Positions 7,729 through 16,085 of a DNA stretch of 64,000 nucleotides are shown piece by piece. The notes under the pieces were generated by a model. It saw only the letters and a list, made by a program, of their open reading frames with translations. It was not told the DNA's origin and searched no databases. Source of the DNA: Patescibacteria group bacterium (GTDB taxonomy: Bacteria; Patescibacteriota; Microgenomatia; UBA10105; UBA927); the NCBI GenBank assembly GCA_038062895.1, contig JBBTWJ010000014.1, forward strand, positions 4,036 to 68,035. Direction: 5' to 3'. Both the position numbers and the translations under genes were made by a program. Each line of letters starts with the position of its first letter. Positions within the stretch are counted from its first letter, which is position 1.

Positions 7729-9078
7729 ATGAAAATTAAATTTCTCGGAGCGGCAGGGATGGTGACGGGATCTTCCTATATTCTCACATCCGGATCCGGA
7801 CAATCCATCCTAATCGATCTTGGATTATTTTTAGGCACTCCGGATATCAACAAGCTCAATGAACAACCGTACGCCTATGACTGCAGCCAATTAGCCGGTG
7901 CCGTCTTGACGCACGCCCATCTGGATCACTGTGGCAGGCTGCCGATACTCTTGCCCCAGGGCTACAAAGGAAATATCTGGATGACGAGGGCAACGGGCGA
8001 CCTGACGGAAATATCGTTACTGGACAGCGCAAAAATTGCAAAGGAGGGAGACCGCCGCCCCCTGTTTGATAAAGCGCTCGCCGAGCAAACCATCAAACGG
8101 TTTATGACCGTCGACTACCGTACTCCTGTTTCCATCGGCAACTTCACCGTTACGCTGCGTGACGCGGGCCATATCCTGGGATCAGCAATCTTGGAAATAG
8201 TGGATACCAAGCCAGACTCCGGGGTCAAAAAGGTCGTCTTCAGCGGTGATTTGGGCAATACGCCGGAGGACTTACTCGAAGAGACAGAGTACCTTGATAG
8301 TGCCGATTGCGTCGTCATGGAGTCCACCTACGGCGACCGGCTCCATCCTATCTCTTCTGCCGAAGTTGCCCTTGAGTCAGAAATACACAGTATCGAAGCC
8401 TCCGGCGGGACGCTTCTTATCCCGGCATTTGCACTGGACCGGACCCAGGAACTTTTGCACATGATCATGCACATGAAACAATCGGGGAAAATGGGAGCCG
8501 GCACACCGGTTTTTTTGGACAGTCCGATGGCCGAAAAAGCGACGCTCGTCTATGGGAAGTATCCGCAAATTTTTAATACCCATATCCGGGATGATTTCAA
8601 AACCGGAAATCCCTTCGGGTTTGCCGGACTTACCGTCGTTGCCACCAACCAACAAAGCGACGCGCTCTTTACGCTTACCGGACCCAAAGTCATCATCGCC
8701 GGAAGCGGCATGATGACCGGAGGAAGAATTCTCAACCTTGCGACCCATTTTCTGCCGATTGCTTCTACCCGGTTATTTATCGTGGGATATCAGGGCGAGG
8801 AGACGCTGGGACACAACATACTTGCCGGAAATAAACAGGTGTCCATCAACGGCATCACCGTCCCCGTCCGGGCGACGGTCAACGATACACAAGGGATGAG
8901 TTCTCATGCCGACCAGAAACAGCTCATCGCATGGCTGGGGCACATCAAGCAGGTACAAAAAGTCATCCTCACCCACGGCGAAGACGGACCGCGCAACGCA
9001 TTGGCTCAAAAAATATCAGAAGATTTGGGGTTTACTAATGTCTCCCTCCCGGTCCTCCATCAGGAAATACAACTATAA
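7729..9078 (+). CDS. MBL-fold metallo-hydrolase of the beta-CASP (RNA-metabolising) family
   Basis: THAHLDHCG motif II, beta-CASP arrangement and a C-terminal H motif. The true start MKIKFLGAAG is at 7729. Confidence 0.8.
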   Translation: MKIKFLGAAGMVTGSSYILTSGSGQSILIDLGLFLGTPDINKLNEQPYAYDCSQLAGAVLTHAHLDHCGRLPILLPQGYKGNIWMTRATGDLTEISLLDSAKIAKEGDRRPLFDKALAEQTIKRFMTVDYRTPVSIGNFTVTLRDAGHILGSAILEIVDTKPDSGVKKVVFSGDLGNTPEDLLEETEYLDSADCVVMESTYGDRLHPISSAEVALESEIHSIEASGGTLLIPAFALDRTQELLHMIMHMKQSGKMGAGTPVFLDSPMAEKATLVYGKYPQIFNTHIRDDFKTGNPFGFAGLTVVATNQQSDALFTLTGPKVIIAGSGMMTGGRILNLATHFLPIASTRLFIVGYQGEETLGHNILAGNKQVSINGITVPVRATVNDTQGMSSHADQKQLIAWLGHIKQVQKVILTHGEDGPRNALAQKISEDLGFTNVSLPVLHQEIQL

Positions 9079-9112
9079 CGTCACCAGCGCATCGTGCTAT
9101 ACTATAAGCTAC

Positions 9113-9364
9113 ATGAATGACATTGTGACGGTAGAAGAGGCCGCTATGTTTCTCCATAAACATCCGGGAACCATACGGCGGTGGATAGAAAGCAATAAAC
9201 TCAAAGCCCGGCATCTTTCCGCCGGCGGACACGGGATCTATGCGATACTCCGGATGGATCTTCTGGAATGTATGATCGCCGGGGATATAAAGGAAAAAGA
9301 AAAAATCAAACACGCGCCTACCCCTAAAGCCCTACCCGATCCACAAACCCAACTTCCGCTTTAA
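9113..9364 (+). CDS. helix-turn-helix (excisionase/MerR-like HTH_17) DNA-binding protein
   Basis: 83 aa from an internal ATG. VTVEEAAMFLHKHPGTIRRWIESNKLKA is a typical HTH_17 segment. Confidence 0.5.
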   Translation: MNDIVTVEEAAMFLHKHPGTIRRWIESNKLKARHLSAGGHGIYAILRMDLLECMIAGDIKEKEKIKHAPTPKALPDPQTQLPL

Positions 9365-10530
9365 GGCGTATCCCCTGTCCCCTCCGGAAGGCTAAACACA
9401 CGGATTTCAGGAAGTGCCGGACCCATGATGCCCTGGAGTTCGCCGTACATTTTTGCCATATTATCGATAGCCCGATGGATCTGCATCTCACGCTTTTTCC
9501 ACAGCCGCTCCATACTCCGGCGTTCCGTGGATAAATCTTCCTCCATCCCCTTGATGGTTTCCGCATATGCTTCAAACCGGTGCCGGAAGGTGTCGCTACT
9601 GAGATATTGATAAAGAAATTCAAGCTTCTCATCTTTGTTGGCAGCTACCGACCGGGCTTGAGCGACTTGCATGACCGCGCGTCGCAGAAGCTCTGCCAAC
9701 GGTAATACAAATGGATATGTGGTCACGACGACCCCCTCCCGCATGGCAAATGTCCCGATGTCATCCGGTACGCTTTCGCTAATGAGAACGACAATCGTCG
9801 CCCCGGCATTCCTGCCGTCTTCACGAAGTTTGGGAAGCCAACTCGGCGTCCACTTGGCGCGTTTGGTCTCCCAGAGAATGATGCCCGCCGCCTTCCCCGC
9901 CTGATTTTTGACGGTTTGGATGATGTCTGCCCCTTGCGTGCCTTTGCCAACCGGAGCCACATCATCGTAGATAAATGCGGATTTCAGTTTCTCTTCGATA
10001 TTCAGTTCGAGGACTTCCCCCTGCAATTGTTGAGACTTCTGCGCGAGTTTATTTTTGGCATCGTCCAGGGATTTTTTGGTATCGTCCAATTGCTTTTTGA
10101 GCTCCAAGACCTCCATCTGGGATTTCTCACCGAGCGTTTTGGTGAGTTCCTCGTGATTTTTATCAATGGCTTCATTCAGGCGCTTCTCATATTCGAGGCC
10201 GCGCTTCTCGTCCTGATCTTTGAGGTCCCGGATGGATTTATTGAGATCCAGAAGTTGAATCGTGAGCGCTTTATTTTGTTCCCGCAGTTCACCAACCTGG
10301 TTCTCGCGGTCCTTCATCTGGATGGAAACATCCGCCACTGCCTTCTCCCGCGCCGTCTTCTCAACTTCCTCACGCACACGGTCAAGTTCTGCTTTATGGG
10401 AAGCGGCGACCGTATCCTTCACCTGCTCCTCCACTTCATGAAGAAGCGCCTTCGTGATCTCTATTTCGGCACCGCAATGGATACATTTGATGGTAGCTCC
10501 CATAGTAGAGGCATTGTAAACGATTGACAC
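9361..10530 (-). CDS. DUF2130-like protein (N-terminal zinc ribbon, long coiled coil, C-terminal conserved domain)
   Basis: N-terminal CIHCG zinc ribbon, an E/K-rich coiled-coil region of about 150 aa, and a conserved C-terminal globular part. Confidence 0.5.
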   Translation of the reverse strand: MSIVYNASTMGATIKCIHCGAEIEITKALLHEVEEQVKDTVAASHKAELDRVREEVEKTAREKAVADVSIQMKDRENQVGELREQNKALTIQLLDLNKSIRDLKDQDEKRGLEYEKRLNEAIDKNHEELTKTLGEKSQMEVLELKKQLDDTKKSLDDAKNKLAQKSQQLQGEVLELNIEEKLKSAFIYDDVAPVGKGTQGADIIQTVKNQAGKAAGIILWETKRAKWTPSWLPKLREDGRNAGATIVVLISESVPDDIGTFAMREGVVVTTYPFVLPLAELLRRAVMQVAQARSVAANKDEKLEFLYQYLSSDTFRHRFEAYAETIKGMEEDLSTERRSMERLWKKREMQIHRAIDNMAKMYGELQGIMGPALPEIRVFSLPEGTGDTP

Positions 10531-10563
10531 GCGCCGCTCAACCTGCCTATGATAGAAAGAAGC

Positions 10564-11979
10564 ATGAAATATGTAAAAATACTATTCCTCTTGGTCGCCG
10601 TCCTTATCCTCTTCTCCTTCAAATCTCCCTTGGTCGCCGCGCAGGAAAAACTCATCACACCGGATACATTCATGCCGCCGATTCCTCAAGATTCACCCAA
10701 CCTCGGACAGGACCATGCATATTCAGTGTTGCTGCGCGGCAACGGCGATGCGGTCGTCACCATGCGCGCGGCCTTTACCAATGAGGAGCCGACTCCCACA
10801 AACATCTTTTCCCTCCGTATCCCAAGGGTAGAACCCAAACGGGTGAGCGCATTTCAGATCTCCCGCGAGCCGCAGTGCCTGCGTTTCAAACCCTACAATC
10901 CAAGCGACTTGAGTGGACAACCGAATCAGTGCCAGGAATATCAGGATGCCAATTACTTCCAGTGGTATGGCCAGGCGAAGTACCAAAAAGCGACCACACA
11001 ATTTACGGGTGACACGCTCACGATCACCCTCCCTAAGCCGGTACTTCCTGCGAAATCCGGAAGCGTGTTGGTGGTCTTGATGGCCAGCGGATACGCCAAA
11101 AAAGATCCTTTCGGCGCATATAGCTATGCGTTCGAAACATTTCAGGTAGAAAAATCCAGTATCACGAAATCCACAATCGGCATAAGCGTCGACAGCGATC
11201 TCGTTCTTGACGGCGCCAAAGGCACGGTGAATTACCGGTTTAGCGAAACAGAAGCCCTTTCCCTCGCCGCAGGAGCGGAAAAAGAAGCAATGGTCAGTCC
11301 GCAACTTGATCAACTGTACAGTCAAACAGGCTATGGCACGATCACAAAAACCGCTTCCTACCTGGAGCCCCTGGAATCCTATACGGTCAAAGGACGCTAT
11401 GCGGATTCCCTCATCCGGCTGTATGGTAAAGGAATTCTCATAGGATTGGGCATCTTCGCGGCCGTTTTAGTCCTCCTCTTTTTCTTGGGCAGATCTGCCC
11501 TGCGCGCCCTTACTAACCCACGAATCAATGGAGCGACGCCTTCATCCGTGGACGTGATGCTCATGATTGGCGGGAGCTTCCTGTCTGCAGGACTCATCGC
11601 CGTCTATACGGCTGGATTATTTTTCCTGCGCACTACCATCCAGCAAGTTGTCTCGTATGAACTCGTGGGTGTCGTCCTTATTTTAGCGACGATCATCTCG
11701 ATTGGTCTGTACGGATTGCTTCTAATTGCCCCCGCTATCCTCGTGGGCCTCCGGCGCGGACTCGCGTGGGGTATGGGGACATTTGGATTGACTATTCTCT
11801 TTCTCATCATTAACACGTTTATCATGATCCTCACGCTCACACTTCTTTACGGCAACGCAGGCGGACCGATGTATCCTATGATGCGCAGCTCCGGTTCAGC
11901 CGTGAATAACCGTATCGATAGCATCCAGGAAACCCCACCATCCGGAGAATCTTCCCTCCCACTCAAGTCCCCGAAATAA
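10564..11979 (+). CDS. secreted/membrane protein (signal peptide, extracytoplasmic domain, C-terminal multi-TM region)
   Basis: MKYVKILFLLVAVLILFSF signal sequence and 4-5 C-terminal hydrophobic helices. Confidence 0.5.
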   Translation: MKYVKILFLLVAVLILFSFKSPLVAAQEKLITPDTFMPPIPQDSPNLGQDHAYSVLLRGNGDAVVTMRAAFTNEEPTPTNIFSLRIPRVEPKRVSAFQISREPQCLRFKPYNPSDLSGQPNQCQEYQDANYFQWYGQAKYQKATTQFTGDTLTITLPKPVLPAKSGSVLVVLMASGYAKKDPFGAYSYAFETFQVEKSSITKSTIGISVDSDLVLDGAKGTVNYRFSETEALSLAAGAEKEAMVSPQLDQLYSQTGYGTITKTASYLEPLESYTVKGRYADSLIRLYGKGILIGLGIFAAVLVLLFFLGRSALRALTNPRINGATPSSVDVMLMIGGSFLSAGLIAVYTAGLFFLRTTIQQVVSYELVGVVLILATIISIGLYGLLLIAPAILVGLRRGLAWGMGTFGLTILFLIINTFIMILTLTLLYGNAGGPMYPMMRSSGSAVNNRIDSIQETPPSGESSLPLKSPK

Positions 11980-11995
11980 GATAGTATTACTTCGT

Positions 11996-12766
11996 ATGTG
12001 GCGTATCCTTATTGGCATAGTGGTGGTCGGAATCCTCTCCTTGATGTTTCTACAGCCGAAACCCATGCCGGTTGCACCCCAACATCCGTCACCCTCCCCG
12101 ACGATTACTCGTAAGCCTACGCCGCCGGCGCAATCCGTCGACGTTTCGATTGACACCATCACGTATCGCGTCGCCTGGGCACTGGTCCGTGACCTCTCTT
12201 CGTTGACCCTCATCCCCAACTTCACCCAAAAACGCACTGCCCGCTCCCTCATAGATAGCGACGAATGCACATACGTCGTGAGCGGTGGTTTTTATACGAA
12301 GGATGATCAACCGACCGGACTCTTCTCGGCTCAAGGAAAAACCATCCGGACTTCCATCCCGAATAATTTGCTCAACGGATTTTTTTCTATGGATCAGAAT
12401 GATACCGCATCGATTTTGTCGTCGCCGCCTGGAGAATCCGTCCGGCTCGCCCTCCAAACCGGCCCCATCCTATTCCAAAACGGGATGCCGGTCAAACTGG
12501 CTATCCGAGACGATGAATTTGCCCGGCGTGTGGGACTGGGAGTTATGAAAAATGGATCGGTAGTATTCTTTATCATCTACGACCCAGAGAACACCTGGAG
12601 TGGACCGAAGCTTGCTGATATGCCAAATATTTTATCAAAAATTTTACCTCATCTTACTATTACCGATGCCGTCAATCTCGATGGTGGCTCTGCGTCGGCG
12701 TTTATCCGGGATGAGTTTTCTCTTCAGGAACTCACGTCAGTCGGAAGCTTCTTTTGCATCCGGTAA
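11996..12766 (+). CDS. phosphodiester glycosidase-like (NAGPA/DUF2233-like) exported protein
   Basis: N-terminal TM, a P-rich linker, SGGFY and DGGSAS segments reminiscent of the NAGPA domain. Weak assignment. Confidence 0.4.
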   Translation: MWRILIGIVVVGILSLMFLQPKPMPVAPQHPSPSPTITRKPTPPAQSVDVSIDTITYRVAWALVRDLSSLTLIPNFTQKRTARSLIDSDECTYVVSGGFYTKDDQPTGLFSAQGKTIRTSIPNNLLNGFFSMDQNDTASILSSPPGESVRLALQTGPILFQNGMPVKLAIRDDEFARRVGLGVMKNGSVVFFIIYDPENTWSGPKLADMPNILSKILPHLTITDAVNLDGGSASAFIRDEFSLQELTSVGSFFCIR

Positions 12767-12767
12767 C

Positions 12768-13781
12768 TTATTGAAGATATTTTTCACTATTCCTATTGTG
12801 TTCTTCCAGGGTCCGCGCGTAATGCACACCGCCTTTTGGATCGTGAAGATAATACCAATAATCACTCTCTTTAGGGCTTATCACGGCCCGGATAGAAGCA
12901 AGACCTGGATTGGCAATCGGCCCCGGTGGAAGTCCCGTATGAAGATACGTGTTATACGGGGATTTCACTTTTTTGTCTTCATCGGTAAGTGACTTTTTCC
13001 ACCACGTCTTTTCCCGTACCTGATAGCCCAGAGCATACTGCAGTGTCGCATCAGCCTGGATAGGCCAGTCTGCTTGTATGCGGTTGAAAAGAATACCGGC
13101 GATTACCGGACGGTCTTCCTCACTTCTCCCCTCCCGCTCAACGATAGAAGCCAGGGTCATGACTTCATCAAAAGATAAACCGGTCTTTTTGGCATCAGAG
13201 CGCATCTTCTCGTCTACCTTTGCCTCAAACGTCGAGAGAAAAAGCCCTGCGACAGCGCCCACCGTGGCATCTTTGGGCATGAGATACGTATCCGGAAACA
13301 TGTAACCTTCACGCGCTACTTTGACAAATTCACTCTCGGGAATATCTAATTCTTTATTGAGTTTCGCCGCCACCTCTTCTACTCGCCAACCTTCCAGTAT
13401 CGTCACCCACACGTCCAACGTCCCGTGTGTGAGCTCACGAGCAAGTTCTCCTGCGTCCATAGTAGGATTCAAACGATAATCCCCGGCTTGGAGATCCCGC
13501 TCAATACCCATGACTTTTACGAGGAGATAAAATCCGGTGGAACTTCGGATAAGTCCCGCAGCCGCAAGTCTGGCAGCAATACTTTTTACCCCTTCGCCGC
13601 GTTGGACAACAAAAATTTTAGGGCTGGTATCCGTAGAATCCACGGGACCTATCGCATCGCGCCACCATGCCCACGAAAAAAGCGCAAGAGCCCCTGCTAC
13701 AGCAAAAAAAAGAAAAAACCGATAAGGATAAGAATTATTTGACTTCATCAAGTGTCGCACGACGAAAGGTATCAGCCTCAC
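12768..13781 (-). CDS. mltG: endolytic murein transglycosylase MltG (YceG family)
   Basis: Conserved EGYMFPDTY and ASIVEREG motifs, an N-terminal TM and a LysM-like segment. Confidence 0.8.
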   Translation of the reverse strand: MRLIPFVVRHLMKSNNSYPYRFFLFFAVAGALALFSWAWWRDAIGPVDSTDTSPKIFVVQRGEGVKSIAARLAAAGLIRSSTGFYLLVKVMGIERDLQAGDYRLNPTMDAGELARELTHGTLDVWVTILEGWRVEEVAAKLNKELDIPESEFVKVAREGYMFPDTYLMPKDATVGAVAGLFLSTFEAKVDEKMRSDAKKTGLSFDEVMTLASIVEREGRSEEDRPVIAGILFNRIQADWPIQADATLQYALGYQVREKTWWKKSLTDEDKKVKSPYNTYLHTGLPPGPIANPGLASIRAVISPKESDYWYYLHDPKGGVHYARTLEEHNRNSEKYLQ

Positions 13782-13926
13782 TATCGTACATATATACGCG
13801 ACCGCAATGGCACGTTACCCGCGTAAAGCCTTTCCCTGTTTTCTTTTCCAGCAGCCGGCCGCATCCGACGCACTTTCCTTGCGACAGCAACCAGGCCTGG
13901 ACCGGTGAGATAATGTTTTTAAACAT
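13735..13926 (-). CDS. small zinc-ribbon protein (CxxC...CxC)
   Basis: 63 aa with CVGCG and CHCG pairs, just upstream of mltG. Confidence 0.35.
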   Translation of the reverse strand: MFKNIISPVQAWLLSQGKCVGCGRLLEKKTGKGFTRVTCHCGRVYMYDSEADTFRRATLDEVK

Positions 13927-14004
13927 ACAATGAACTCTAAACTTTAAAATGTAAACTTTAAAATTTTAAAAAGTTTGAAGTTTAAAGTTTGAATTTTCAA
14001 GTAA

Positions 14005-15264
14005 TCATTCTATCGTATATATGGGTACGTTCTTGATCGTTTCGACGGCTTCAGCAAGTCTCCATTTGTCCGATGAATAGAACGTATATAGTATATCACC
14101 CTTGTCCACCGTTTCCTCGAGCTTACGATCAAGGTACATCCCCGCGCGTTTATCCGTCGGGGATCCCAATATACGGCACACCACGGTGATCTCCTGGTTG
14201 TTGATACGACTCACCCTACCGGACCTCACGCTTTTGACTTCATGGCGGTATTTTCCCAACGCCATGTGGGTACCATCGACATCCGGGTCACCCCCTTGGA
14301 CTTTGATGATCTCCCGCATTTTTTTCATAGCCTGACCGGAAACCAGGATCTCGCGCGCGACTTTTTCTCCATCCATACTTTCTTTACCTTTTGTATCGGC
14401 GAAACAAAGGGAGAGAAGCTTGCCTGCCAGCCGCAATGCCTTCGCTTCGAGAGCCAGCGGCCGCTCCGGATCTTGGGCAAGAACGGCAAACACATCGCGC
14501 ACCTCCAAAACCGGTCCGATGCCGCGACCGGCATTTTCCAGCGCCTCATTGATGTCGGTGACCACCTTTATATCGAACTTACCGGCGAGGAATACAAATT
14601 TACGGGCGATCACCTCGGCATCTTTGAAATGCTGGATTTTCATGGTCGGTCCGACGGGAATATCAAACACCACGTGCGTCGCGCCCGATGCCACTTTTTT
14701 GGCCATAATGGAAACGATGATTTTATCAAAGGATTCAAACGCCAGAGGCGCTTCCACTTGAATGATCACGTCATCGGCGGGAGCCAGCCCCAAGTGACCG
14801 CCCCACACAATACACCCTCCTGCTTTGGCGACAAGTGCTTCAATCTGTTTTGGACTGAATGTGACAGGAGCCACGACCTCCATGGTGTCGGCAGTTCCCG
14901 CCGGCGATGTGATCGCACGGGAAGAAGTTTTCGGAATCTGAAAACCGGCTGCGGCGATGATGGGCACGAGAATCATGGTCGTCCGCGTACCGGCGACTCC
15001 GCCGGTTGAATGTTTATCCGCCACTATTCCGTTAAAATGAAGTTTCGGACCGGTATCCACCATGGCTTTCGCCAAAAAATAGAGTTCTTCATCATTAAAT
15101 CCCTCTTTAAATCCTGCGGCGGCAAAATATGTGGTGAGCACCGGCCCCAGACGCTCGTTGGCAATCTCATCCATGATAGAAAAAATTTCGTGGTAGGAAA
15201 GCGCCTTCCCGGTGAGCTTCTTTTTAATGGCTTCGATGGCAAATTGTTTTGAGCCTGTACTCAT
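14005..15264 (-). CDS. deoA: thymidine phosphorylase / AMP phosphorylase family (pyrimidine-nucleoside phosphorylase)
   Basis: Conserved KHSTGGVAGTRTT and TSPAGTADTME segments. Start MSTGSKQF overlaps the upstream sortase stop (ATGA). Confidence 0.85.
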   Translation of the reverse strand: MSTGSKQFAIEAIKKKLTGKALSYHEIFSIMDEIANERLGPVLTTYFAAAGFKEGFNDEELYFLAKAMVDTGPKLHFNGIVADKHSTGGVAGTRTTMILVPIIAAAGFQIPKTSSRAITSPAGTADTMEVVAPVTFSPKQIEALVAKAGGCIVWGGHLGLAPADDVIIQVEAPLAFESFDKIIVSIMAKKVASGATHVVFDIPVGPTMKIQHFKDAEVIARKFVFLAGKFDIKVVTDINEALENAGRGIGPVLEVRDVFAVLAQDPERPLALEAKALRLAGKLLSLCFADTKGKESMDGEKVAREILVSGQAMKKMREIIKVQGGDPDVDGTHMALGKYRHEVKSVRSGRVSRINNQEITVVCRILGSPTDKRAGMYLDRKLEETVDKGDILYTFYSSDKWRLAEAVETIKNVPIYTIE

Positions 15265-16085
15265 ATTTTCTCTAGTCGCGCCCGCACGTTGAGTCTCTTC
15301 CAGTATGTCCCCGGCGGCACACACGTGATAAGCGTCACATAGCTATCATCAAAGCGCTGGGCGAGAGGAGCCAAATCATTGGCCTCTGTGACAATCATCT
15401 CATACACCACGAAACGGTATTCTACTCCATCCAGACGTACAAAAATTTCATCTCCCGTTTTGAGCGTCGGAAGAGTCGAAAATATACTTTTATAATTGGC
15501 AGGATTATAAAATTGTGGCAGCACGGAGTGACCAAAAATGACGGCCGTACCATACTCCCCCGGCAGCCCCGTACCTCCGTAGTGAACGAGGCTTTTGTTG
15601 AGATCGTCACCAGCAATCGTCACGAATGCGTCCTTTATCCGCAATTTGGGAATGGAAAGCGTATAGGCGGTGACGGCAGAAACGATCTTTTTTTGAGGAG
15701 TTCCGGGAAACCAGACATTGGGATTGGTGTAGTCCGGTCCTTTCGTCACAATTTCTTCTATCGATGCGGCACTGGCCATCGGCGAAAGCACACTCATGAC
15801 CCGCGTGGCCGCAAATCCATCCTGCACCGGAGAGACAATCCCAGCAAACTGCGGGGCCGTAAAGAGCATAAATGACACGATCGGCCAAAACGCCCAGGAA
15901 AGAACCGCTAATCCCCCGAGGATGAACACATACGAGAGAACCTTCCGCCGCTCGGGCACTAAGGTCGCGCCCGTATATTCCACGGACACAGGATGTACTG
16001 CTGGCGGTGCTTTAACAAATTGATATGCCATGGGGCTTATTTTATTATTCCAGTACTGCAACAGAAATGGTGATATTCCCCGCAT
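15261..16085 (-). CDS. sortase family transpeptidase
   Basis: N-terminal TM, a GH motif, a TLITC active-site cysteine motif and a downstream Arg. Confidence 0.75.
   Translation of the reverse strand: MRGISPFLLQYWNNKISPMAYQFVKAPPAVHPVSVEYTGATLVPERRKVLSYVFILGGLAVLSWAFWPIVSFMLFTAPQFAGIVSPVQDGFAATRVMSVLSPMASAASIEEIVTKGPDYTNPNVWFPGTPQKKIVSAVTAYTLSIPKLRIKDAFVTIAGDDLNKSLVHYGGTGLPGEYGTAVIFGHSVLPQFYNPANYKSIFSTLPTLKTGDEIFVRLDGVEYRFVVYEMIVTEANDLAPLAQRFDDSYVTLITCVPPGTYWKRLNVRARLEKI

Noticed and set aside
9916-10527. 203-aa ORF on the plus strand inside the DUF2130 gene
   Set aside because: Antisense to a longer ORF with a coherent zinc-ribbon/coiled-coil architecture. Hydrophobic F/L-rich translation typical of reverse-frame artefacts.
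14242-15009. 255-aa plus-strand ORF inside the deoA-like gene
   Set aside because: Antisense to a gene with unmistakable pyrimidine-nucleoside phosphorylase motifs.
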